A DNA stretch of 64,000 nucleotides from Candidatus Nanoarchaeia archaeon (GTDB taxonomy: Archaea > Nanobdellota > Nanobdellia > Woesearchaeales > ARS49). The first letter of the stretch is position 1, and each line of letters opens with the position of its first letter. The stretch lies in the NCBI GenBank assembly GCA_041488275.1, contig JBGPOY010000005.1, forward strand, positions 20,386 through 84,385, in the 5' to 3' direction. Shown in pieces: positions 36,887 through 47,080 of this stretch. Position numbers and translations under genes: made by a program. The notes beneath the pieces were generated by a model that was not told where the DNA came from, did not search any database, and worked only from the letters and a program-made list of their open reading frames with translations.

Positions 36887-38626
36887 TTATTTCTTCTTTC
36901 CCATCACGTTCGACGCAAACCTTTCGAGCGTGAGCCGCATCGAGGAACGGTAGAGCGCAAGCACCAATATCGTGAGCGCGACGCTCCACGCGGCAAGCCC
37001 CGCAAGGTCGATGAGGGCAGATTGGAGCGCGCCGCTGAACAGAATGCTGATTCTGAACGCGTCGCCGCCCAGCGCAACCGGGTTCCACGTCACAAACGAA
37101 AGCCACGGAGGTAAGACCGCAAGCGGAATGATGAAGTCCGAAAGGAGGAAGAGTCCCACGCCGACGAGCAAGGATACCAAGACCGCGATGAATTCCCGTG
37201 AAATCAAGCAACTCAGGAGCGTGCCGCACAGTACAAACGTTGTGGACGCGAGCAGCAGTCCTGCGAGCAGCAGCGGAATGCCGAACGTCATCTTGAACAG
37301 GATTGCGGCGACGATGCAGAACAGTACGCTCTGCGCGGCAAGCACCGCGATGCACGACAACACGGTGCCCGCAAGCAGCGTCGTGTCCTTGATGGGCAAC
37401 AGGAACGTGCGGAACGCCGCGGGCGAGTGCCGTTCGGACAGCACCAGCACGGAAGGAAGGACAAGCCCTGAAAAGAGCAGCACAAGCAGCATCAGCAGGG
37501 GGAACGCGAAGCCGAGATAGGCGTGGTCGCCGGACACCGGCACGACCGTGCTGCGAATCGGCGCGCTCACCGCGCCGGCGTCGCTGACGGACACGCCGTT
37601 CACGGCGGCGCTGATGTCATTGAACGCTTTTTGCAGGTCCGCGACCGTTAAGAGCGCGCCGTCAAGCCGCGTTTTCATCGTCTGCAAGTCCGAGGTGGCG
37701 CTTGCGCGTGCGGAATTGATTTGGTCGAGCGCGGATTTTGAGGCGCTGAGTTTGGCAATGAGCGAGTTGAGCGACGTCGTCAGGGACGTCAATGCGGTCG
37801 AGAGGTGCGAGGGGTCAGACGCGCTGATAATCGCGTCGGCAGAATCGCTCGCGTTCAGCACATCCGCGTGAATACTTTGTTTGGTGGCGTTGGAAAGATT
37901 GGACGAGCTGACAGAACTGTCAATGTCATCGAGCTGGCTTTGGATGCTGTGCGCCGCCGCGTCAGTCGTGTTGGCGAACGCGTCGAGCTGCTGGTTGACG
38001 AGCGCGCTTTGCAGCGCGACGTCGGGAACGCCGAGCTGGTTGAGGTCAAGGCTGCCGTTCGGCACCGAGAACGAGCCCGCGACTTGGTTCGTGCCCTGGC
38101 CCGCCTGACTGATTTGTGTCGTGAGCGTGACGAACGCGTCCTTGCGCTGGCCGGTGATGCCTTTTACCGTCGCGAGCGCGTCGGCAATGGATTGCGTCAG
38201 GTTGCGGCTGTACTCGCTCGAGCGCGCGAGAATCGGGCTTTCAACGCTGTCGAGCACGGTGCTGATGAGTGTCTGCCGCGACGGGTCGACAAACAGCGTA
38301 ATCGTGCCTCCAACCGCCAGTCCTGCGGGAAAGCTCGCGCACGCGTCGGACGTTCCGAAACGCACGCTGTCCGCGCACGACTGTTCTGAGGAAAATGAGG
38401 TGATGCGGAATCCTTTGTCGTGCAATGCGGCAAGCACGGAATCGGTGACGGGCGTTGAGCCGCCGCTGAACGTGCCGACACGGATGTGCGCGCTGCTGGC
38501 GCTGCTGAACGCGAGTCCCGCAATGAACAACAACGCGAGCGGCGCGAGGAGCAGCGTGAGCGCAGTCGCTCGCGTTCGGAACAGGATGCGGAGATTGTTC
38601 GCGATGAGCGTGAAGAGTGTGTTCAT
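36887..38626 (-). CDS. ABC-2 permease with long extracellular helical stalk (YhgE/Pip-like)
   Basis: 1 N-terminal TM, about 330-aa Ser/Ala helical region, C-terminal TM bundle. Confidence 0.8.
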   Translation of the reverse strand: MNTLFTLIANNLRILFRTRATALTLLLAPLALLFIAGLAFSSASSAHIRVGTFSGGSTPVTDSVLAALHDKGFRITSFSSEQSCADSVRFGTSDACASFPAGLAVGGTITLFVDPSRQTLISTVLDSVESPILARSSEYSRNLTQSIADALATVKGITGQRKDAFVTLTTQISQAGQGTNQVAGSFSVPNGSLDLNQLGVPDVALQSALVNQQLDAFANTTDAAAHSIQSQLDDIDSSVSSSNLSNATKQSIHADVLNASDSADAIISASDPSHLSTALTSLTTSLNSLIAKLSASKSALDQINSARASATSDLQTMKTRLDGALLTVADLQKAFNDISAAVNGVSVSDAGAVSAPIRSTVVPVSGDHAYLGFAFPLLMLLVLLFSGLVLPSVLVLSERHSPAAFRTFLLPIKDTTLLAGTVLSCIAVLAAQSVLFCIVAAILFKMTFGIPLLLAGLLLASTTFVLCGTLLSCLISREFIAVLVSLLVGVGLFLLSDFIIPLAVLPPWLSFVTWNPVALGGDAFRISILFSGALQSALIDLAGLAAWSVALTILVLALYRSSMRLTLERFASNVMGKKK

Positions 38627-39726
38627 CCGAGCAGCCCCTCCAGCAGTTCCCGTACGGTAGGGCGGCCCATATCGACGTGAACAACTGTTTCTTTTTTCTG
38701 GCGCGCGTACTGCAGCGCGGCTTCGAGCGTCGCGATGGGTTGAGCGGTTTGGATGATGAGCCGTCCGCCGCTGCGCGCCGTTTTCTCGACGTGCAAGGGC
38801 GCGGTTTTGGAGAGGTGGCGCGCAAGTTCGTCATAATTCTTGGACGTGAACTCGATGCGGACTTCCTGGTTTCTGCTGTAAATCACGCGCAGCTCGTCGG
38901 GCGTTCCGACTTCCGCGATGCGCCCGTTGCGCAGGATGCCGATGCGGTCGCAGGCGTCCTCGAATTCCGCCAGGTAATGCGCCGCGATGAGCACGGTCGT
39001 GCCTTGTTTGCGAAGCGTTTTGATGACGTCCCAGACTTTCGTCGTTGAAATCGCGTCAAGGTCAGCCATGGGCTCGTCGAGCAGCAGGAGTTGTGGACTG
39101 TGCACCAGCGCGCACGCGATGTCCAGCCGTTTTTGCATGCCTCCCGCGAGCTCCGAAGTGCGCACGCGGCTGAACGACTCCAACCCGACCAGTTTGATGA
39201 GTTCTGCAGTACGAGCTATGGCTTGGCGCGCGTTCAATCCAGAAAGCGTCGCGAAATGCATGAGGTTTTCCTCAGTAGTGAGATCCGAGTAGAGGGAAGG
39301 TACTTGCGTTGCGTAACCGATGATTCGCTTGGTCGCGTCCGGCTGGCGCCGTACTGATTGCAGCCCTGCGGGAAGCGCGATGCTGATGTCACCGCTGTCC
39401 GGCGCGAGAAAGCCGACTATGAGGTGCAGGAGCGTGGTCTTGCCGCATCCGTTTTGTCCGGTGATGCCGAACACTTCCCCTTCCTTGAGCTCCAGATTGA
39501 GATTGTCCAGCACGCGGCGGTCGTCAAACATTTTGCTCACGCCCTGAACGCGCAGGATTGCCTTGCCCGACGGCGGCAGTGCCGCAATGCTTTCTCCGAG
39601 GTGCGCGGCAACCATCGCTTTGGGCCAGCCCGCGTTCACGAGCGTTTCCCGCAGTTCTTGGCGGGGCATCCCCTGCGCAAGCGTCTGCTGAACGAATTTG
39701 TGCAAGGGCGGACTGGAATCTACCAT
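38623..39726 (-). CDS. ABC transporter ATPase with extra N-terminal three-helix domain
   Basis: GQNGCGKTT, LAGGMQ, LLLDEP; start chosen 25 nt below TATA. Confidence 0.9.
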   Translation of the reverse strand: MVDSSPPLHKFVQQTLAQGMPRQELRETLVNAGWPKAMVAAHLGESIAALPPSGKAILRVQGVSKMFDDRRVLDNLNLELKEGEVFGITGQNGCGKTTLLHLIVGFLAPDSGDISIALPAGLQSVRRQPDATKRIIGYATQVPSLYSDLTTEENLMHFATLSGLNARQAIARTAELIKLVGLESFSRVRTSELAGGMQKRLDIACALVHSPQLLLLDEPMADLDAISTTKVWDVIKTLRKQGTTVLIAAHYLAEFEDACDRIGILRNGRIAEVGTPDELRVIYSRNQEVRIEFTSKNYDELARHLSKTAPLHVEKTARSGGRLIIQTAQPIATLEAALQYARQKKETVVHVDMGRPTVRELLEGLLG

Positions 39727-39848
39727 GGTCTCCGTTGGAGCCGAAGAGACTTTTAAATGAGTGTTACTATCCATAAGAAGTCCTTGCACAGACGGGCGTT
39801 CATAATTCTTAAATAGACCCGCAACAATACCGCAGAAGGGGATGCTGA

Positions 39849-40310
39849 TTGAACTGTGAACTCTGCGGCAAGGTCGCGACGCTCAAGGCAGTGGTCGAGA
39901 GCGTCACGATGGACGTCTGCGCGTCCTGTGGGCGCTTTGGCACGGTGCTGAAGACGCCGATTGCTTCGGTCATTCCTGCAAAAGCGCGTTCCATTGCGGC
40001 TTCGTCTCAGCCCGTCATCGTGCAGGGCATCGTCACCGACGCAGGTGAGCGCATCAAACAGGCGCGTGAACGCGCGGGGCTTTCGCAAAAGGACTTTGCG
40101 CTGAAAATCAACGAGCACCAAAGCGTGCTGCATCACGCTGAAGCAGGTCACGCAGAGCTCAGCATTGAACTGGCGCGTAAATTGGAGCGGGCGTTGCACG
40201 TGGTGCTGATCGAAGACCATCAGGAAGTCAAAATTTCTGCCACAAAGAGCGCGTCAGAACCCGTCACGCTCGGTGACTTGATAAAAATCAAGGGCGCGCG
40301 TACAACGTAA
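39849..40310 (+). CDS. Archaeal MBF1 (Zn ribbon + HTH)
   Basis: CELCG..VCASCGRFG, AREx.GLSQ, TLGD; TTG start. Confidence 0.9.
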   Translation: MNCELCGKVATLKAVVESVTMDVCASCGRFGTVLKTPIASVIPAKARSIAASSQPVIVQGIVTDAGERIKQARERAGLSQKDFALKINEHQSVLHHAEAGHAELSIELARKLERALHVVLIEDHQEVKISATKSASEPVTLGDLIKIKGARTT

Positions 40311-41667
40311 ACGCGCACGTTCCCGAACTCTGGTCGATAGCCTTCCATGTACGATTGACGATGTTCTCAAACAGCGCGAGATTGCGCTGGCACGCCGCGT
40401 CATCGGTAGCGCATGGCACGTCACATCGGCTGTAGAGTAAGGTTCTTCCGCCTTCCAGCGCTCTCAGCCCTTCCGTAAGATTCTGAGGGAAGAGAGGATA
40501 GTAGAGCGGCACGATTTTATCGTCAGTAAAGAGCGTGACGCGCGGGTCGCTGGACACCATGAGCGACGCACCGTTCGCTGCTTCGGGGTACAGGCGTTCC
40601 CACAGCGCAGGTGAGGGCGCGCCTTCGTACGTCGCGTCATACTGCCCCCAGCGCAGCGCCTGCGCCGCGAAGACCGCAATCAGCAGCAACGCGCACCACA
40701 TGATGGCGTGTTTCCACTGCGGAACACGTCTGAGCTCAAGCAACGCGGTCCATCCCGCCGCTGCAAGGATGAAGATGAACGGGAGCGCGAGCGGCAAAAA
40801 CCGCACTTCCTTGTGCGGCAGCAGCGAGAGATAGCCGAGCACAAGAACGCCCGACAGCAGCACCGCCAACTTTGCGCGGTTTCTTCGCAACGCAAGAACG
40901 ATGCCCGGGAGCGCAAACGCGGCAAAGATGTTTTGCTCGAGCAAGGTTTGAATGTAATAGAGCGGTCCGTCCTGATAGAGCCACAGTCCTGATGTCTTGA
41001 TGACATCGTTCGCGGCAGTGAACGGCGCAAACGGATTCTGGTAGAGTGCCCAGTTCAGTCCGAAAAAGAACAGCACGGGAACAAGAAACCCGCAGGCAAA
41101 CTTGGAGCCGTCGACAAACGCGTCGTTCCAGCGCTTGCTGCCCAGCACAATCGCCGCTCCGATGCCGACGAGAATGATTCCTTCAGGGAATTTTGATAGA
41201 AATGCGAACCCTGCGGTAACGCCCGCGAGCACGAGCCGTTCCCGCTGCAGCGCGAACACCGCGAGCAAAGCAAAGAACACGGAAACTTGTTCGGTGAGCA
41301 ATTGATGTTCGTAAAACGCCAACAAAGGCGACAGCGCGACAAAGGCAAGTGCCCAAACTGCAGTCTGCTCGCCAAATGTCTTGCGGGCGATGAGATACGT
41401 CAGCCCGACAACGCCCATTCCGATAAGAAACTGGAGTACGTGCCCGGCAACGACAGGATTGACGTGCAGCCAGACAGACGGCGTGAGCAGCAGCGGCCAA
41501 ACAATCGGGCGCAGCGGCTCCCAGATGCCACCTGCTCCAAACGTCACGATTGCTTTTGCCATGCCGATGTAGACGGAAGCGTCCCACGCTATCGGAGTTA
41601 CGAGCGCGTGAAATGCAATGCGGAGCGCCGCGGCGGCGCAGAACAGCAGGGCAGGAAGCCGCTTCAT
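40288..41667 (-). CDS. GT-C fold membrane glycosyltransferase (ArnT/PMT-like)
   Basis: WDASVY, RP, LTE, KEVRF; many TMs. Confidence 0.85.
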   Translation of the reverse strand: MKRLPALLFCAAAALRIAFHALVTPIAWDASVYIGMAKAIVTFGAGGIWEPLRPIVWPLLLTPSVWLHVNPVVAGHVLQFLIGMGVVGLTYLIARKTFGEQTAVWALAFVALSPLLAFYEHQLLTEQVSVFFALLAVFALQRERLVLAGVTAGFAFLSKFPEGIILVGIGAAIVLGSKRWNDAFVDGSKFACGFLVPVLFFFGLNWALYQNPFAPFTAANDVIKTSGLWLYQDGPLYYIQTLLEQNIFAAFALPGIVLALRRNRAKLAVLLSGVLVLGYLSLLPHKEVRFLPLALPFIFILAAAGWTALLELRRVPQWKHAIMWCALLLIAVFAAQALRWGQYDATYEGAPSPALWERLYPEAANGASLMVSSDPRVTLFTDDKIVPLYYPLFPQNLTEGLRALEGGRTLLYSRCDVPCATDDAACQRNLALFENIVNRTWKAIDQSSGTCAFTLYARP

Positions 41668-42353
41668 CCAGGACAGCCGGGCGTGGAGGTTTGGAACAGT
41701 CCACAGAGGTTGGTTTCAAGGTCTTCGCGGGAAGAAAATCCATCAATCTTCTGGTTCTCGACGATAAGCGTCGGGTATTTCGAGATGTTGTACTGCTGCT
41801 TGAGAATGCTGATCATCGGTTCCTGCTCGAAATTCGCGTCAATCGAGAAAATCAGGACTTTGTCGCCGTATTTGTGCTTCAGATAGTCGAGCACGAACGC
41901 CTGATTGGCGCAGTCGGGACATTCCGTGTCGGTCGAGAAGAAATACAGCACGCGGACAAGGTCTTCCTTGCAGACGTCGCGCGCCTGCTTGCTCAACAGC
42001 CAGTAACGCAGCTGTTCAATCGTGTAGTCGCGCTTGAGATCGATGAAACTTGCGTCATTGATGCGGCTGTCTTTCGCGTACGTCTCAAGACGCGTTGCGG
42101 TGGCATCGAGATTGCGCAGGTTGTTGTAGAAGATGCTGTAAATCGCGGGGCACGCGTCCTGCGAGTTGAGCGTGCTGACGTAGGAATACTGCAATTGGGA
42201 ACTGGAAAATTCGGAGCGCTCCTGCTGCAACAGGTCCTGCACGTACGTGAGGCGTTTTCCTTCGACGACAAAGCCGAGCATCAGTCCGAGCAAAAAAATG
42301 CCGATGGTGATGGCGGCGGCGACGATGTAGCGGGTCTTGTTCATCTGCCGCAT
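41664..42353 (-). CDS. Membrane-anchored thioredoxin-like protein
   Basis: N-terminal TM, helical region, LYFFS..CPDC, YPTLIV. Confidence 0.8.
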   Translation of the reverse strand: MRQMNKTRYIVAAAITIGIFLLGLMLGFVVEGKRLTYVQDLLQQERSEFSSSQLQYSYVSTLNSQDACPAIYSIFYNNLRNLDATATRLETYAKDSRINDASFIDLKRDYTIEQLRYWLLSKQARDVCKEDLVRVLYFFSTDTECPDCANQAFVLDYLKHKYGDKVLIFSIDANFEQEPMISILKQQYNISKYPTLIVENQKIDGFSSREDLETNLCGLFQTSTPGCPG

Positions 42354-42354
42354 G

Positions 42355-43608
42355 TTACCACCGCTGGTGCTTGCCGCGCACCAAGTCGACCGCGACGCCC
42401 GCCCAGACGACGCCGAGCACCAAATAATAGACGACGAGGAACGCGCTTGCGGTCAGCCAGCCATGTTTCAGCGTGGATTCGCGCGTAGCGCGGTGCGCGA
42501 GGAAAAAGACGTACAGGCTCATCGCGAGCATGCTTGCCGTGAGGGCGATGCTCATGTAATCCAAGTCGAAAATGCTGACGTTCCACGTAAATGTGCGGAT
42601 GAGCGTCATAAGGTCAAAGTGGATGAAGGAAAGTTGGTAGGCAAGCATCAGCCACGGCTTGAGTCCGTAGTAAACTCCGGTCGTGATGAGAATCAATGAA
42701 AGCACGCCCGCGATAAGTAACGTCGGCATCTGAATCATGCCGAAATCGCCAAACGAGGTGTTAAACGTGAGTTTGCGGTAGGCGACCGCGTTGAGGAGGG
42801 CGCCCTTGAACCATCGGTTGCGCTGCGCGTAAAATGACTTGAACGTCGCCGGTGTGAGCGTCTCGACGAAGGCATCCATCGCCTGAATGATGCGGTAGTG
42901 CTTGCTTTGCAGACGGAGCGTCATTTCCAAGTCTTCCGTGAGGTTGTGCTTGGTTGCGAAGCCCTTGACCTTGCGCAAAACGGCGGTGCGGTAAACGGGG
43001 AACGGTCCGGGAATGACGTGCAGCGCGTCCACGCGTCCCATGAGTTCCTTGTAAAACATGTTGACGTTGTACTCATACCATTGGAGTTTCTGGAGAAATG
43101 TCCGCGGTTGGCGCACGCGCATCGCGGGAACCGCGGCAGCGATATCGTCCGAGACAAAGTAGGACAGCAGTTTCTTGGGTGCGTCGGGGTAGACCGAACT
43201 GTCCGAGTCCATCGTGGCAAAGAACTCGCCTTTCGCGAGTTTCAGTCCCGCATTAAGCGCGGAGCCCTTGCCGCCGTTCTTTTGCGTCAGCACCGCGATG
43301 TCGCGGTCGGGGTGTTCGCGTGCGACTGCCTGAGCAAGCGTCTCGGTGCGGTCGGTGCTGCCGTCATTGACCACAATCAACTGGAGCTTGTCGTGCGGGT
43401 AGTCCGCGCGCAGCACGCTCTCCATTGTTTCCCGAATGCAGTCCTCTTCCTGATAGGCAGGAATGACGACGGTCAGAGAAGGCAAGTCTTTCCACCGCTT
43501 GCGCGGGAGCGAAGAGGATTCATCCAGAAGCACGAGAAACCAAAAGATGGCGAAGTACATCGAGATGACGGCCGCAATCCAGAGCAGGACTTGTGCAACA
43601 AGGTTCAT
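42355..43608 (-). CDS. Processive GT2 polysaccharide synthase (IcaA/hyaluronan synthase-like)
   Basis: PAYQEE, DGSTD, GKGSALN, DSD, TED, QRNRW. Confidence 0.92.
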   Translation of the reverse strand: MNLVAQVLLWIAAVISMYFAIFWFLVLLDESSSLPRKRWKDLPSLTVVIPAYQEEDCIRETMESVLRADYPHDKLQLIVVNDGSTDRTETLAQAVAREHPDRDIAVLTQKNGGKGSALNAGLKLAKGEFFATMDSDSSVYPDAPKKLLSYFVSDDIAAAVPAMRVRQPRTFLQKLQWYEYNVNMFYKELMGRVDALHVIPGPFPVYRTAVLRKVKGFATKHNLTEDLEMTLRLQSKHYRIIQAMDAFVETLTPATFKSFYAQRNRWFKGALLNAVAYRKLTFNTSFGDFGMIQMPTLLIAGVLSLILITTGVYYGLKPWLMLAYQLSFIHFDLMTLIRTFTWNVSIFDLDYMSIALTASMLAMSLYVFFLAHRATRESTLKHGWLTASAFLVVYYLVLGVVWAGVAVDLVRGKHQRW

Positions 43609-44765
43609 GGTGTTTCAGGCTGGACAGTCCAAGCCTCGACAGAATCGCCGCCGGGCAGACTTTTAAAGATTTTGCTGTTGTGCAGGAGGAACAGGAGTCC
43701 GTCCTCTTCGGTCCAGACCAGCCCGTTCCGCATATCTGCAGTGATAATAATAGACGAAACGTTTGCCTGCGTGAGCAGCGCTGTGGTGGTATCGATATTG
43801 CGCGAGCGCCAGAGTAGCTCAAGCGTCGCCGGCGAAACTGAGGCAGCGGGCTGTCCGGTCCAATACGCAATCCACGCGGCGTTCTGCGGGTGCGACAGTA
43901 CGAGTCCTGAAGGAAGCGTGTATCGCAGTGGCGCGAGTTCCGCAGCGAGTGTGTCGCGTGGAGACGCGTCCGTGATGGACTTGATTGCGGAAACGGCCGA
44001 GAACAGGAAGCCGCACAGGAACAGAATGGCGGTGAGCGTGCGCACGAGCGGGAAGACCCAGCGCCGTTTGCGCAGGTGTGCCAAGCCCAGCCCTGCTGCG
44101 ATAGCGACGCCCGCGGTGCCGAATACGGTGACTGCGGGGAACACGAACGAAAGAAGCACCGGCACGACGGTGGCAACGGTCGCAAGATAGGTGCGCGACT
44201 TGTTTTTCCAGACAAGAACGGCTCCTGCCACTGCGCAGATGAGCGCGAACAGGCTGTAGGACTCGATGCCGCCGAATTCAACCAGCGTTCCGGCAAAGGT
44301 GTGCCCGAACGGTTCAACGAGGAGATGCGCGACGAACAGGGAAAGCGCGAGCGCGAAGAGCGCCCAGCTGACAACGCGGAGCAATTGTCCGCGCCTGTTC
44401 CACAGCGCAAGGCCTCCTCCGGTGAACGCGAGAGAAAGCGCGGCAAAAGGAGCGGCGCTGCCTGCCGCGAAAAGTGCGGGCGACAGCACTGCGACGAGCA
44501 GGATTTCTCTGCGTTCGGACCAGCGCGCGAGCAGCCGGTTTGCAAACCACACCGCGATGCCCAACGCGAGCGCGGGCAGGATGATGAGCAACGCGATGCT
44601 CAGTTCTCGTGAAACGCCCAAGGACTCCAGCGTGAGCGCAATCGCGTACGGTTCATTTCCCGCAAGCAGCGGCTGCGACGTTTTCCAGCGGAGCAGGGGC
44701 GCGATAAGCGCGAGTACCGCAGCAGCGACGCTCCAGCCGAGCTGTTCGCGTTTACTTACTGCCAT
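43605..44765 (-). CDS. Polytopic membrane protein, degenerate GT-C/STT3-like
   Basis: GNEPY after TM1; soluble C-terminal domain paralleling the upstream gene. Confidence 0.65.
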   Translation of the reverse strand: MAVSKREQLGWSVAAAVLALIAPLLRWKTSQPLLAGNEPYAIALTLESLGVSRELSIALLIILPALALGIAVWFANRLLARWSERREILLVAVLSPALFAAGSAAPFAALSLAFTGGGLALWNRRGQLLRVVSWALFALALSLFVAHLLVEPFGHTFAGTLVEFGGIESYSLFALICAVAGAVLVWKNKSRTYLATVATVVPVLLSFVFPAVTVFGTAGVAIAAGLGLAHLRKRRWVFPLVRTLTAILFLCGFLFSAVSAIKSITDASPRDTLAAELAPLRYTLPSGLVLSHPQNAAWIAYWTGQPAASVSPATLELLWRSRNIDTTTALLTQANVSSIIITADMRNGLVWTEEDGLLFLLHNSKIFKSLPGGDSVEAWTVQPETP

Positions 44766-46258
44766 TTGCGTTCCTCCAGCTTGCAGCGGGCTTCGTAAAT
44801 GGTCGCGTCAGGCGTTGAAAACACACTCGGGAAGCATTCGCTGTCGTGCGCAAACGTGGGCTGGTCAAGACCGGTTGCGAGGTGCGATTGGTCGGTCCAA
44901 ACGAGGTAGGTGACGCGGTATTTTGCAAGGGTGCGCACAATGTCTGATTCGAACGGCGCTTGATAGGCGATGGTGATGTCATTGACGCGTGCGGCGGCAT
45001 GGGGTTTCAGCAGGAAGCCCGTGTCTGCGACGTTCGCGCGTTGCGCAAGCGCGGTGATGAGGTGTCCTTCATCAAGCGAGCCAAGCACCACGGCGTCGGG
45101 CGCCGTATGTGTTCTGAGCCAGTCAAGCGCGTCCGCTTCCGTCAGCGAAAGAGTGTGGCGTTCTGCAGAACGAAATTCGTTCAGTGCAGGGATTGCGGAA
45201 AGCAAGAGCACGAGCACCATTGCGCCCGCAACTCCGAGAGGCGCGAGCCGTGGGAGCTTGGTTTTGTCAATGAACCGAAGCAGTTGCGCAAGCGCGATGC
45301 CGAACAACACGACCAGCGCGATGCCGAGCAGTTCAAGTCCGAAGGAAGGCGTTATGAGCCGCGCCCAGACCAGCGCGCCAATCGCAAGTGCAAGCCCCAT
45401 CACGAGGTACACGGGGCGCTGGCGTTCCGTGAACAGGTGCCGATACATCAAGTACATGCCCGCGACAAAAGGAATGATGCCGACGGCAGCGACTGCATCA
45501 AGGACGGTAATGCTGGAAAAATACGTCGCCAGCACCGTTGCCGGCGTGTTGAGCAAGAACACCGCAAACCCGTGCGTCGTAAACACTTCCTTGAACAGGA
45601 CGAGGGTAATCCACAACGAAAACAGCGTTGCGAACAGGATGAGTTCGTGCTCGCCGCGCGGACGCTTGACTCCTGCCATTGCGGTCAGTACAAGATACAC
45701 GAGCAAGCCGAGCGCAAAGACGATGACGCCGGGCGCGAGCGTCGTACCCAGTACGGTGAGGCAGAGAAACGCGATGCGCCATCCGCGTTCCTCGCTCCGG
45801 AGGAAGCAGAGCAGCAGGGCAAAGCCGATGACTGCGATGAACAAGGATGAAGAAATGGAAAACGCGTGCTGCCAGAGCGCGGGAACGAATCCGGCGGCGA
45901 GCGCAGCGGTGAGTGCTGCGCGTGCATCTTTTGATGCTTTCAACACCAGTGCAAAGACCAACATGACCAGCCCCGCCGTGAGAGCGCTCGTGAGGAGGTG
46001 TGCGGCGGTGGGAATGCTTGCCGGAATTGTCGCGAGGAGATAGTCAAACGCGGGCGCGACAGCGTTTTTGCTGCCGCCGTAGCTGAGAGCGTCGTCAAAG
46101 AGCGGCAGTCCCGTGGAGCGTATGTGCGCGGCGTCCCTGATGTGAAAATAGGAGTCGTCCACGTTGAAGCCCGGAACGCCGGAAACGAGCGTCATGCGGA
46201 GCGCGAATATCGCCACCGCCAGCCCGATTGCAAGCCACCATGCCGTACGTTGGTTCAT
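44756..46258 (-). CDS. GT-C/STT3(AglB)-like membrane protein
   Basis: DDSYFH, FDDALSYGG, ALDWLRTHT...EGHLI; start reassigned to MNQR. Confidence 0.75.
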   Translation of the reverse strand: MNQRTAWWLAIGLAVAIFALRMTLVSGVPGFNVDDSYFHIRDAAHIRSTGLPLFDDALSYGGSKNAVAPAFDYLLATIPASIPTAAHLLTSALTAGLVMLVFALVLKASKDARAALTAALAAGFVPALWQHAFSISSSLFIAVIGFALLLCFLRSEERGWRIAFLCLTVLGTTLAPGVIVFALGLLVYLVLTAMAGVKRPRGEHELILFATLFSLWITLVLFKEVFTTHGFAVFLLNTPATVLATYFSSITVLDAVAAVGIIPFVAGMYLMYRHLFTERQRPVYLVMGLALAIGALVWARLITPSFGLELLGIALVVLFGIALAQLLRFIDKTKLPRLAPLGVAGAMVLVLLLSAIPALNEFRSAERHTLSLTEADALDWLRTHTAPDAVVLGSLDEGHLITALAQRANVADTGFLLKPHAAARVNDITIAYQAPFESDIVRTLAKYRVTYLVWTDQSHLATGLDQPTFAHDSECFPSVFSTPDATIYEARCKLEERKWQ

Positions 46259-46342
46259 ACGGAAACCCCACTCGGGACCGTATAATAAGGTTGTGCATAA
46301 CGCCACGAAAGCCATATAAACGCGAAAACCACGCTTTTCCCT

Positions 46343-47056
46343 ATGGACCGCATTCCGACAAGATGCACTGCCGTGGACGCGCTGCTCGGCGGCGGTTTGG
46401 AGCCCGACTGCATCACGACCGTGTACGGTCCGGCAGGCGCGGGAAAGACGAACCTCGCGGTGATGAGCGCCGTGAGCGTCGCTTCTTCGGGAAAGAAAGT
46501 GATTTACGTTGACACGGAAGGTGGTTTTTCGGTCGAGCGTTTGAAGCAGCTCACGACCAGTCATGAGGAAGTGCTCGAGCAAATTCTGTTTCTCAAGCCG
46601 ACGACGTTTCAGGAACAGGTGGAAGCGTTTGACAAGCTCAAAGAATTGGTGAATGCAAAGATAGGATTGATTGTCGTGGACAGCATTTCGATGCTGTACC
46701 GCTTGGAGTTGGGCAGCAGCGAGGACGTGTATGACGTCAACCGCGCGTTCGGCAAGCAGATTGCCGCGTTGACGGAAATCGCGCGCAAGAAAGGAATTCC
46801 CGTGCTGCTCACCAACCAAGTGTATTCTATGTTTGACGAGCGCGAGAAAATCCAGATGGTCGGCGGCGACTTCCTCAAGTACAGCAGCAAGTGCCTGCTG
46901 GAATTGCAGATCACGCCTGCCAACAACCGCCGCGCGATTTTGAAAAAGCACCGCAGCATGGCTCCTGAAAAAGAAGCTATCTTCCACATCGTCGAGAAAG
47001 GAACCGTTGAAGCGAAAGAAAGCAGGGGGTTTGTGCTGTTTAAGACGAAAGAGTAA
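46343..47056 (+). CDS. radB: DNA repair protein RadB
   Basis: YGPAGAGKT, DTEGGFS, TNQVY, KHR motif. Confidence 0.95.
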   Translation: MDRIPTRCTAVDALLGGGLEPDCITTVYGPAGAGKTNLAVMSAVSVASSGKKVIYVDTEGGFSVERLKQLTTSHEEVLEQILFLKPTTFQEQVEAFDKLKELVNAKIGLIVVDSISMLYRLELGSSEDVYDVNRAFGKQIAALTEIARKKGIPVLLTNQVYSMFDEREKIQMVGGDFLKYSSKCLLELQITPANNRRAILKKHRSMAPEKEAIFHIVEKGTVEAKESRGFVLFKTKE

Positions 47057-47080
47057 ATAAGAAAAGAAAAAAGAAGAGAA

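Noticed and set aside
46259-46987. 243-aa N-terminal extension of the 743-aa ORF
   Set aside because: It is mostly the antisense of radB; the real start is likely 46258
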